Source: Octopus bimaculoides
Lineage: Eukaryota
Assembly: GCF_001194135.2 (NCBI RefSeq)
Contig: NC_068981.1
Location: 72,578,820 to 72,642,819 of the forward strand
Direction of reading: 5' to 3'
DNA: 64,000 nucleotides
The notes beneath the pieces were generated by a model. The model was not told the origin of the DNA and searched no databases. It saw nothing but the letters and a program-made list of their open reading frames with translations. This document shows positions 52,545-64,000 of the stretch, piece by piece. Numbering within the stretch: position 1 is the first letter of the stretch; each line of letters begins with the position of its first letter. The translations under genes were made by a program, and so were the position numbers.

Positions 52545-53670
52545 GCATCACCAACCCATCCATGCGTTTAATTTTGCCTCTGTTCAAGATTAACACACCA
52601 CACGTTTTCAATCCACACTTCATTCTTATGTCAGTACTAAGCCTAGCCATCATATAAACGAGGGAACTGACCTGGGACTCATTCTTACCGTACATTTTGA
52701 GGTTGTCCACGAATAAAAACTGCTTAACCTTTTGTTGGTGACCCTTGAATTCTTACCCAGCCTTAGCTTTTCTCAAAATCATTGTTAGTGGTAGCACGCG
52801 AAGTATAAAAATCAGTCGGGACTGAGAGTCACCTTGAAATATACTTCTTTTGATCTCTATTGTCCCTAAGCTTCTTCCATATCCTTTCAGTTCTGTCTTC
52901 CACTTCTTCATACTTTTTCCAAGGAATCGTTCGACATTAGATGCAATAGCAAATAGATTCATACACTCCACTATCGAAAAATGTGGGATCATATTGTAGG
53001 CCTTATGTTAATCAATCCATAACATAGCCAAATTGGTTTTCCTTCTCTTGAAATCTTTAAGTACTCTTTTACTGTTTTGTTAATCAGAATTTGCTTCTTG
53101 TTACCTCTGCACTTATGCTTGTACCCACTCATCTGGTGAAGCTCAATTTCCTTTCAAGTGTCTGTTCATTGACTCTGTGGTTATTCCTGTCAATAACTTC
53201 CACATAAGTAGTAAGCATGTTATCGGTCTGGAGTTGTCTACTGCATTCCCTTCTGCGATGTCATTCAAGCGTAAAACTGTCTTGTCCTTTGTCATCCACT
53301 CCAGTGGGCAGCATTTAACAAAGTCTTAAGTTTCTAAGCTAATCGTGAATGACATTCACTACATCTTTTGATCCAGTAGCTTTGAACTCCGTCTGGTCCC
53401 GAAGTCTTTCAATCCCTCATCTTTTTGCTTGACTTGCTTCACGTCCCTAACTGAAATATATAATTCTGCCTACTGTAGACAAAATGTTGTTTGTTTCAGT
53501 TCTTTTAACCATTCATCGTCCTTCTTGTGTTCCTCGTCTTTACTCCAAACGTTTCCCCCAAATTTTTGGCTTTCACTGCTGTCTGGTATCACCACTTCAT
53601 CTGTACACTCTCCAACTACCCTCACCTAAAGAGGCTAACCTGTGTCAGGCCTCAAACTGGTACTTCATAT
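52545..53670 (-). mobile_element. Degenerate R4/Dong-like non-LTR retrotransposon RT fragment
   Basis: Minus-strand pieces PDSSESQKF..EWLKELK, GPDGVQSYWIK, RPITCLLLMWKLLTGI, RRKTNLAMLWID, IPH..IKRSIFQGDSQSRLIF, MDNLKMYG..DIRMKCGLKTC. Confidence 0.85.
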
Positions 53671-54183
53671 CCTATTATTAGTAGTAGTGTTACTATTACT
53701 ATCACCACTATTACCGCCGTTATCACTTTATATTAGACATAAACTGAATCAGAAGAATACCATCAGAACGTGAATTTCATTGTTGATCAATATATGAAGC
53801 AGAACAATACCTGTCAATTCTATTTTCATCCTCCAGTTTTCTGATATGTTAAAAGTTGAATGAGAAGACACCTTACTGTTCTGCATCTAAGAACAATAAC
53901 TGCTGAGCCGTGGTTCCACACTCACAAAAAATTTGGAACCAGAGTTTGAAATCAGAGCCCCACTACTGTGAAAAAACCTAAATCCGAAAGAAGAAGCACA
54001 CTCTAAGATGCAGAGCTATATATATTAAAAATGGAGAAGGCCGGTTTATGGGATTATCTTAGGTTTCCCGTCCATAAAGGGTTTAGCATTATGGCGAATC
54101 GGGATCTGATGATACGCCATAAAGCTAAACCCTTTATGAGCGGGAAACCTAAGGTAATACCATAAACCGACCTTACCCATTTT

Positions 54184-54224
<41 letters not shown>

Positions 54225-54228
<4 letters not shown>

Positions 54229-54490
54229 ACGGACTCTCCCGTCGTTAGACAACATATGATGATTCGGCAAGAAATTGCCGAACATCCACACAGACGATTT
54301 GTTTATAGTGATCAAATGTTTATGTACACATAAGCTCACTCCCTCCATCAAATCGGCATTACCTGTACAGGTGCACCGTGTGCCACATGTCAGATGACGA
54401 AACGGTCGCAGAGCAACGTCAAATGAAGTGCTTTGCTCAAGAACACAACGCAACCGGCTAATTCGTACATTACAAGTCCAATCTGTGAGT
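54225..54490 (-). mobile_element. Diverged CORE-type SINE
   Basis: gcaacgtcaaatgaagtgctttgctcaagaacacaacgc is a reverse-complement CORE box; tail resembles the family C 3' end. Confidence 0.55.
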
Positions 54491-55456
54491 GGAAGAATAA
54501 AAATATGGAAGGCATTTCTCAAATTCCAAATGTGAATTTGTCTGTGTTAACTACATCCCAAAGACAGAGCCTTGTATCTTTGTTGGAAACCGACTCCATC
54601 CTCAGTGGAAGATTTATAATAATTAAAAAATAGAAGAGACATATATACATAATAAAAGAGTATATATATATATATATATATATATATNNNNNNNNNNNNN
54701 NNNNNNNNNNNNNNNNNNNNNNNNNNNNNNNNNNNNNNNNNNNNNNNNNNNNNNNNNNNNNNNNNNNNNNNNNNNNNNNNNNNNNNNNNNNNNNNNNNNN
54801 NNNNNNNNNNNNNNNNNNNNNNNNNNNNNNNNNNNNNNNNNNNNNNNNNNNNNNNNNNNNNNNNNNNNNNNNNNNNNNNNNNNNNNNNNNNNNNNNNNNN
54901 NNNNNNNNNNNNNNNNNNNNNNNNNNNNNNNNNNNNNNNNNNNNNNNNNNNNNNNNNNNNNNNNNNNNNNNNNNNNNNNNNNNNNNNNNNNNNNNNNNNN
55001 NNNNNNNNNNNNNNNNNNNNNNNNNNNNNNNNNNNNNNNNNNNNNNNNNNNNNNNNNNNNNNNATATATATATAAATATAGCTATATATAGATGCACGTA
55101 CAGAGGCGACATGCATACAGACCCATTGTATGATATACACCATATATTATACATATATATATATATATATTTAGCTATATTCATATTTATATTTATATAT
55201 GCACACACACACACACATGCAGACACACAGAGTTATTAAACATAACAGTGTTAACGTTGACTTGTATGTCACTTTCCTTTGGCTTAGTCACGTTTGCTTT
55301 TGTGTAGATTGCTGTAATCTAATTAGTTCACATAATGCCTGCATTTGTATTCGACAAGAAATTATTGTCCTTGATATTTATAACAATAGCAATACTAACA
55401 TAATTTTTTCATGTATTCAATGAATTATTTTTGTTTAAACAGATTATTTAATGTGT

Positions 55457-55505
<49 letters not shown>

Positions 55506-55692
55506 TGTGCGCGCGCTTCTGTGTTTATGTTTGGGCGTCTGTGTATGGATTTATATTGGCAGACTGATAGATACATAGAAAAGTACATAGATAAGCAGAT
55601 AGATTATTGAATCACTGGATAGATAGTCTGACAGCCAGATAGATAGACTGTTGAAAAGACAGAGAAATAGACAGATCTACACAGATAGACAA

Positions 55693-55730
<38 letters not shown>

Positions 55731-55895
55731 CTGACCGCCTACACTTTTTTCTGCAAAATAGGGGTATCTTATCCTGTTCAGGCTATATTATTAGCATTAT
55801 CTTGCGTTTGAGAATTTAAAATCACTTCTTTAACTTTCTAAGACATCTCAACGCTTCTAAAAGCAAACTCCGTTTGTTTGTTTACGTTCATCGTA

Positions 55896-55935
<40 letters not shown>

Positions 55936-55957
55936 GAAATTCAGAAAAACAGAAGTC

Positions 55958-56112
55958 GAAGACAGGTGTATGAACAATAAGCAAGTGTATTAGTTTGACA
56001 CTCGGTAAAATGAAAAAGTCTTTTACGTTTCGAGCCTACGCTCTTCAACAGAAAGGAATAAGAGAAAATAAACAGAGACAGAATAAAAAAAAAACTTGTT
56101 GATTTCAGCAGT
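55958..56112 (-). mobile_element. Penelope-type terminal repeat carrying a hammerhead-like motif, copy 1
   Basis: About 155 bp shared with 60253-60405 at high identity. Confidence 0.7.
56020..56055 (-). ncRNA. Minimal type-I hammerhead-like motif with variant core
   Basis: Minus strand CTTT CTGTTGA A GAGC GTAG GCTC GAAA CGT A AAAG: stem I 4 bp, stem II 4 bp, palindromic ACGT, NUH = GUA; core CUGUUGA instead of CUGAUGA. Confidence 0.55.
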
Positions 56113-56437
56113 AAAAGAAGAAAAGGACAAAAAATAGAAAAAGTAAAAAAGGAGAGAGAAAGTCAAAGTATTCTCGTACGGAATATAAAAGTTCAGGAAG
56201 TTCAAAAAGTTCAAAAGTCGAGGTAGATTGGAGCGATTTACATGAACGAAAAAATACAGTGAAATCCTTGAAAGTAGAGTCAGTGGTAATCTGGGTGGAA
56301 TGCTGGTATGTGGATGGAGAGAGGTGCTGAAAGTTGGGGAAGAGGTTCAGAAATGCAAATCCAAAGAGTAGGAAGTTTAGTCAGGATCAAACTGGGGAAA
56401 CCACGTGAGCGTATAAAATATAGTTGAAAAATTGTAT

Positions 56438-56482
<45 letters not shown>

Positions 56483-56698
56483 AAATGCAAGAAATATAAT
56501 TAGAAGCTGCCTCAACATATAAAGGATTAACGAAAAACACAAGAGATCGTGGATTTTCAGTAATGAAACAATTATTTAAATCTAGGGAATCCTCATAACT
56601 CACTGATTGAAAACGAATTAATACACGAAGCAGCCAAAACTTTTGCACATAGCAATCACACACATATAAATATACACATATACATACGCACACATTCG

Positions 56699-56743
<45 letters not shown>

Positions 56744-56762
56744 ATATATATATAAGTGTTAA

Positions 56763-57017
56763 GGTGAGTTTAAAGTTACAAGGGAAAATTCGAAAAACAT
56801 GGTTAAACGATCAAATTATCATAACAATTTGATACATATCTAGTTGTTAATATAACTCAATATTATTGGACTTTCAATCATATATGACCGTTATGAACTT
56901 CATTGAACATTTGATCTTATATCACTGTCTATCTCTGTGAAATTCATTGGAATTTCTGTGAACATTTGATCATCTAAACAAGTTTCTCCAAATTTTCCTT
57001 GTAACTTTAAACTCACC
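56763..57017. mobile_element. Tc1/mariner-type MITE
   Basis: ggtgagtttaaagttacaagggaaaatt versus aattttccttgtaactttaaactcacc. Confidence 0.8.
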
Positions 57018-57429
57018 CGAATCCGTTTCTTATCGATTTTTTCATTTTTGCTATTGATAAACAATAAGCTGTCGAAATCGGTTTGGTATTTGAATACATC
57101 TATTACAAAATTTTAAAGCGACTACATGTGCTGAGACTCAGGTGCCTTTTCAAACACCAAAACCAGTTCTTCTATATTCCTTCCTGCATGGGAAACACTT
57201 CTTCTTTTTCATGATAGCTGTAAGGTACTACGATTTCTTTTTTGTGTTTGTCAGTTTCCTTAAAGACAGAAAACAGTTTTTTGTTTTGTTCGTGTTTTGT
57301 GACTATTTGTCTCAGTTTGCCTTGCTTCTGAAGTAGTTATTTCTGTAATCCTACGTCGGTTATTTTATAATAGTTTTCTATCTGTATAAAGCCTTCAACA
57401 CCTTCGATACATTGTATATATAACCCTCA

Positions 57430-57556
57430 TTCTTCTTCTTCTTCTTCTTCTTCTTCTTCTTCTTCTTCTTCTTCTTCTTCTTCTTCTTCTTCTTCTTCTT
57501 CTTCTTCTTCTTCTTCTTCTTCTTCTTCTTCTTCTTCTTCTTCTTCTTCTTCTTCT
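57430..57556. repeat. (TTC)n microsatellite
   Basis: Direct observation. Confidence 0.95.
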
Positions 57557-58394
57557 ATAAATAAAATTATAAATAAAATTTTAAGGTGGAAAAGACTTCC
57601 CAAACTGATACTCAGAGATTCAAGCAGCCGATCATCAGACAGCCAAGAGCTTGTAGAATAATATGATAACTCATAAATGCTTATAAACGGTGCAGTGATA
57701 GTTATTTAGCAACTCATCAAGTAAACGTTAAAAAACAAATCCATATTGAACTAACAAGTGAATAATATAAATCATCTATATACATGAAAATAGGTATATT
57801 AATTGCAACAAAGAAAAAGGCTTTGTAGAAATCGAGAGTTTGAGAAAAATATATCGTAAATGATAAAGATTATAATTGAGAATTATGGGAAGAGCGAATG
57901 CGTATCACGAAAAGCAAATAGATAATTCCTTCTAATTTTGCCGCAAGCCAAGTAAAGTTTTAGAAGGGCGAAGTTGATTACTTGACCAGTATCATATCAA
58001 ACAGTTGTCATTAAACAGGTAGTCACTAGGGGCATTACAATTGCACCTTGGGCTGTTATAATATCCGTGAAGTTTACAGAACCTGCTCACAAGCGAGGCA
58101 AAGTTTTCGTCATAAGAATGGATAATTTACGGTTCTTTGTAAACATGATAATAATTGTAACCCTTGGAAAAATACCTAGATACGAAATTTAAAATTCGTC
58201 TAGCTACATTGATATTTACACAAGATGTTGGATTGAGCCAGCAAAGCTTTCTAGATCTAGTTCCGCGAGATTTCCCGGGATTGTTTTCACTGCTAACTCA
58301 ACGGATCAGCTCGTAGAATTCTCTATTCCTAAGGGCACCATTGTAGTAAAAAGGGGATGTCTTTATACGAAGCCAAGGAAGAGCTTGTGTTTTG

Positions 58395-58432
<38 letters not shown>

Positions 58433-58674
58433 NNNNNNNNNNNNNNNNNNNNNNNNNNNNNNNNNNNNNNNNNNNNNNNNNNNNNNNNNNNNNNNNNNNN
58501 NNNNNNNNNNNNNNNNNNNNNNNNNNNNNNNNNNNNNNNNNNNNNNNNNNNNNNNNNNNNNNNNNNNNNNNNNNNNNNNNNNNNNNNNNNNNNNNNNNNN
58601 NNNNNNNNNNNNNNNNNNNNNNNNNNNNNNNNNNNNNNNNNNNNNGTGTGTGTGCGTGCGTGCGTGAGTGTGTT

Positions 58675-58726
<52 letters not shown>

Positions 58727-60252
58727 CGTGTGTGTGCGTGTGTGTGCGTGAAGTGTATTTCGGGGAAAGGTATACCTCTCGGTAATAAATCAAATAAATC
58801 AGCGCTTTGATTAAAAACACACCGTGTCGATTATTCGGTCCGAATTGTTGCACAAACACTTATTTGCCATTCTTATCAAGGAATTGCATCCAGCACGTAT
58901 TTGATTTGATGGAAATCTGTAATACATGAGGCCATTATTCGCAAAATTTCTGTTATAAAATAAGAATAAAAGATGTGTTTCAGTGAGTGTGTTGTATACA
59001 TGTTATTGTGCAGGCATGTTTTTTTCTACTTTATTAAATGAATACTAATTCTCCCGAATCGGGCATAGGTGTTGTTAATCAAATATAAAATAGGTTTATC
59101 ATTGATGTTGATTTTCTTATGACACACAAAAAAGAAATCGATTTTATTATCAGAAAATATTTCTTTCCAGCTGAAGTGATTAATTTGTATTACAAACACG
59201 TCTTAGTAACTTTCTTTGCTTATGGCGTGTTATTTTGCATTAATTTGATGCATACACAAGGAAGATTCTAATCTGTTGCCATCAGAGAAATATAGGACAG
59301 CTAGCTAAATATCATAAATGAAAGGCAGGTTCTAATTACTACAGAAAAACATCTTGATAAACCGTGTAGTAGTATATAAAACTATGGCAATGTTTCTGAA
59401 AGATCTTTCGAATCGGAAATTAAATTATGTACACATACAGTCACGAAAAAAAAAGAAAACAAAACAAAAGAAGCTTATAAACAAATAGGATTTCATTTTC
59501 ATATATCAGTTATCAGTTCTATATTAAAACGAAATTATCTATGATAAAAGATGCATATCATTAAACAAAACTATATCTAAAGATTTAGATTGGATATTTT
59601 TATCCAACCTGTCATGCAATTCTTTGAAATATCACGAGTATCTTATAAAGCAAAGTGGCCTTGAATCAATTTTTTTTCATCCTGCAGGTTTGACGCTATG
59701 GGTTTCAAATAACATACTTTTAAATTTGAAATATTGCTTTTGTCCATCAGAATTTTTGTAAAATTTTGTTATAGGAATTTCGGAGTTGCATTATTAAAAA
59801 TTTTCATTACATTTACCAAACTATAACAAATGAAATGACGTAAAACATATATTCTAAATCTAATATATTATTTCCTTTATAGGTAAGTGTCTCAGCTAAA
59901 AGCCCTTCAAATAATGAAATGATGAAAGGAAATTTCAAATGTCATTCGAAGCTGGATAGAAAGAGGTATTTTGAAATATTCTTTTTTGTACTTTATGTAT
60001 CTAATACTTTTTCAATATATTTCCCACTATGTCCTCTGAGAAGCAATATAACAGGGGAAAAGATGTAGCGATTGTAAAGAAACTGTCGACAATGTGTAAT
60101 ATACAGTGATAAATAAGTAAAATATAGTGATAAAAAATATGTGCACATGGTCTTGATAAGCTTTCTCATTAAATTGTTCTACAACTCCACCTTCAGTTTA
60201 ATGCGGAACATGCACTAAAATGTTCTTGGAATTTATAGAAAAACAAAAGAGG

Positions 60253-60405
60253 AAGACAGGTGTATGAACAACAAGCAAGTGTATTAGTTTGACACTCGGG
60301 AAAATGAAAAAGTCTTTTACGTTTCGAGCCTACGGTCTTCAACAGAAAGGAATAAATGAAAATAAGCAGAGAAAGAATGAAAAAAAATCTTATAAATTTC
60401 AGCAG
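60253..60405 (-). mobile_element. Penelope-type terminal repeat carrying a hammerhead-like motif, copy 2
   Basis: Homologous to 55958-56112; motif at 60314-60349 has the same CUGUUGA core and one stem II mismatch (GACC/GCTC). Confidence 0.7.
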
Positions 60406-60569
60406 TCCAGCATGGTGAATGATTCGAAAAGAAAAGGTTGCAAGAAAGGGAGATATTCTCATTTATTTCGGACGTCACCTGAACAATGGAAGACTTCACT
60501 GAAACTATGACATTGTGAAAATGTCGATTTGCCTCCCTTTCAAAAACACTCTAAACATATTAGTCCGTA

Positions 60570-61200
60570 GGATTTAAGTCTGGCGAGTTTGGATGAAACT
60601 TTGATGTTACATGATTATATACATTGTATGATATCCACTCTTGGTTTACGTGGGCTTTGTGAGAAGGTGTTGAGTTTTTTAAAATACGTTTGTCCTTCCT
60701 TTGCATACTTCGTCCATCCAAAGTTTAACAATTCTCTTCTGTACCTCAGCGTATCCAGCAGCAATAATTTTAATACCCTCTGTCAATGTATCATGGTACT
60801 CACCACTCCTAAGACTATCATATTTCCTGAAAATTTAGCATTCATCACACAGTGGACATCAAAAAGATCTTCATTTATCCACCTGCTGGACTTGGTTGAA
60901 AGTTTTCTCAGAAAAGCCAAAGCATGCCATGTTCGTAAGGGCTTTTAACCTTGTTGTGTAACCGCTTAGCACTAGTAGGAGGGTTACCCTCTGTTTTTGT
61001 TAGTATGAATTGGCCTTTCCTCAATACATAGGACTTCTATTGAATGTTCTCGTGCACAATAGTTCTGATATTTCCCTCCGGTACTTGGAGTTCTTTGGTG
61101 ATGGTCCTAACTTATTATATTTTGAATCCATGGGATAAAGTGCAATATCATTATACTGTCCGAAAGTTTAGATTGTTATATTTTTGTTTTGAGACATTCC
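60570..61200 (-). mobile_element. Degenerate DD37D (maT-like) transposase catalytic region
   Basis: Minus-strand pieces FSEKTFNQVQQVDK, DVHCVMNAKFSGNMIVLGVVS, EGIKIIAAGYAEVQKRIVKLWMDEVCKGRTNVF match the FSDEK / VMVLGVVS / VKPWM..GRPYVFQQD pattern. Confidence 0.8.
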
Positions 61201-63188
61201 CACTAGAAGCTTCCAATTCCATCTGAATTTCGTGTACAAAAGATCTTGTAGCATTTAGAAAGTTGGCAGTTTTAAATTACAGTATTTCGCGTATATGGCA
61301 ACAATAACTGCACATCGTATTTCTTGTGCTAGTATTTTATCCGCCATGGAGGATCTGAAAGAAATAAAAGTCTTTCGATTGACTTGAAGTGAGTAATATG
61401 CTGATAATTAGGTGTCCTCAAATACCCCACGCACGCTGTATACACTGCTATTTTTACAGTAATCTAAAGATGCACAAATAAATGCATATACATATATTTA
61501 CAATCAAAAAACACACACATGTGTAAACAGATGTTTGTATGTATATGTATGCATGTGTGAATGTGTGCCTGTATATATGTATTGATATAGTTTTTACCCA
61601 TCTCAGCATACATGTGTGTTTAACTGTATTCTAAGTGAAACACAATTTTGAGTTGTCATAATTGAAATCTTTCAATGCTGTACAAATGTATCGGCTATTA
61701 AGGATTTTAGCTGTCTTTTTTTAAAGGAAGTATCTCATTAACTACAGATCTTGCTTTAGCATTCTTTTTCTTTTCTCCTGAACAGTTATTATTATAATGC
61801 AGTTTTCTTCCTTTAATACTACAACGTGTGCTATGGAAAAATATGGAAAATACGTGCTTACTTCTGATATTTCTTAAATAACATACACATAACAAATGAG
61901 AAATATTTAATACAAATGAGCCAATTAGTTTCTTTTTTGTTCTTTGTTCCCTTAAATATTCTATTTTTTTTTTTCATTTCAAAGGATACTCATTAAAATT
62001 TCTTCAGTGATCAAGGGACGAGAGATTACTCAAATAATAATCAAACAGTTTCAAAAGAAAGCTGCTTTTTCAATTTAAAATCTTGGAAAATATTCTTCAC
62101 TCTAATATATTAACTCTTGAAAATAAACAATAGGAAATGAATATTATCTCATATGCTGATAGAAAGCAACTGTATTATCATAAAAAGAAAAATATTAAAA
62201 GTATTTCACGGATAAAGTGGAACTATAGAAATGTACGTAATTCTGTATTAGATGTTTGCGTTGTGCATTACATTTACCAATCAGATATATATTTAGTTTA
62301 TTTTGTCACTTTCTATTTCTGGAATTGATAATGTAAATACAAAGAAATTAAGTAGAAATCTGTTTGTAAATTATCTTTTCAATAGAAAATAGGAAGTTGA
62401 CTTGTTAATGTTCAACAGAATCTAATTGTACAGTATTGGTATGAAATTTGCGACCTAAATAAAATCAATATAGATGAAATGAAAACAATGAAATTTGTTT
62501 TTATGAATTTCAAATACCAAATTTATAAATAAACATAGTTGAATTTAATTGTAACCTTTAAATAGTATAAATACGTTTAACATCAATTTTATGTGATGTA
62601 TCAAATTTAATATTGATTTAATTTTTAATTAAAAACAAATCGATATTTATGAACAGAGATATATTCAATCGAAACCTAGTACTTTATTCTATTAACCTCG
62701 TGGAAAATATAAAAGACATAGGAGAAAAAAATAGGTAACCAACAGAAGACTAGTGTTACTCCTAACGAATGTAGTTATTACAAGAGACAATCGTTTCGTC
62801 TGAAGTATGATTATAACAACACTACAATACATCTAGCCTCACTTTCTCTCATTCTCTCTTCCTTTTTTTTTTCTGTTACTCTGCATATATACTTTCGGAA
62901 TAATTATTTAATCGTTTTACAACACTGCATTCTAGTCAAGATTTCTTTTTTTAAAAAACTCATTCGCAATAGTAAACTTAGTACCTACATACACACAATT
63001 CATAGTACATTATCGTGTCTACAACTTCACCAGAAAGCACACGAGAATGAGCACAGAATTCGCATTTCTACTCACCGTGTAATTTCACGATACAATCAGA
63101 AACAATATAGGTCAGCTTTGCGGTCTTTTAGATCTAAAAGGAACAGTTTTCCGGAAACACTTCATATAACAACAGAAACAACAACAAT

Positions 63189-63219
<31 letters not shown>

Positions 63220-63597
63220 ACAACAATAATAATAATAATGATAAAAGGTGTCTGAATTATAGTGTATGAAAGGCCGGATTCTGAATTGGAAAAGTAGGTT
63301 CAAACTTTGCGTGCTAGAGTTGCCTCACTTAAAACTGCAAGTGTGATAAGTAAGATGACATACTATACTTTAAGAACACTCTATGAGTCAGACTGAAGCT
63401 ACTGTTTTTGCTTTAAATACGAAGTGATTTTCCTCTATGAAATTTTGACATTTTTAACACTTCTGAATCGTTTTACTTCAATGACAGATTTAGGAAAGAG
63501 TGTGTCATCATTTATACAAAGTGGCTATCCTGTACGATGTTCCGTGACTTATAATCAAGAATATAGCACACGAAAACTGGTAAAAAAGAATTACTGC

Positions 63598-63725
63598 TGC
63601 AGGAATGGTTGTATAGTTCACAAAGTGGTTTCGGGTTTAGTCTCACAGCACAGTACCTTCGACAAATGTCTTCTTCTATAACCCTAGACAACTAATGCCT
63701 TCTGAGTGAGTTTGGTGGAGGAAAA
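63598..63725 (+). mobile_element. Diverged SINE family A head
   Basis: gcaggaatggttgtatag..ggtttcgggtttagtc..ccttcgacaaatgtcttc..gccttctgagtgagtttgg. Confidence 0.6.
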
Positions 63726-64000
63726 TATATGTCATGTCACTCGCAAACAGCTTTATTCTGAGGAGATATATTATGAGTGAAAATAGTGGCTATATAGTAG
63801 TAGTTTTTGACTGCTATTTCTGAACATGTAAGAGTTTTTGCAACCCTCTCCGTTATAATTGTGATTTATTCATAATTATAAACACTCTTCTTGTATGTAA
63901 TTTATGATTGCATGTTTGGCCATTCATATTCATAAATGATTATTAATTGTTTATAATTGTTTATGATATACTCTTCGTAATGTATTGTTACATTCTTTGT

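Noticed and set aside
63076-63133. Minus-strand 58-nt segment between a good acceptor and a GTGAGT donor
   Set aside because: Stops in all three frames and no partner exons; cannot be distinguished from chance without RNA data

Overview
AT-rich, microsatellite-saturated eukaryotic genomic DNA with seven N-gaps (1353-1523, 24418-24631, 42122-42131, 44667-44750, 50684-51295, 54688-55063, 58433-58645). The recurring tRNA-derived SINE families look like those I recall from Octopus, so a cephalopod origin is inferred, not proven. I find no intact protein-coding gene, no rRNA or tRNA gene and no CRISPR array. The long entries in the ORF track are microsatellite or N-gap artefacts. The recognisable content is transposon debris: at least three SINE families, a Penelope-like (RT + GIY-YIG) element, two R4/Dong-like non-LTR fragments, a mariner foldback, two DD37D (maT) fragments, a Merlin fragment, several MITEs and two Helentron/DINE-like non-autonomous elements. 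The most interesting signal is a set of minimal type-I hammerhead-ribozyme-like motifs. One sits in the Penelope-like element behind a tRNA-like Pol III promoter and a (TAA)n run, and can be rebuilt from the element's two inverted terminal copies. A second family occurs twice and carries a variant CUGUUGA core. All structural calls were made by eye and need computational confirmation.
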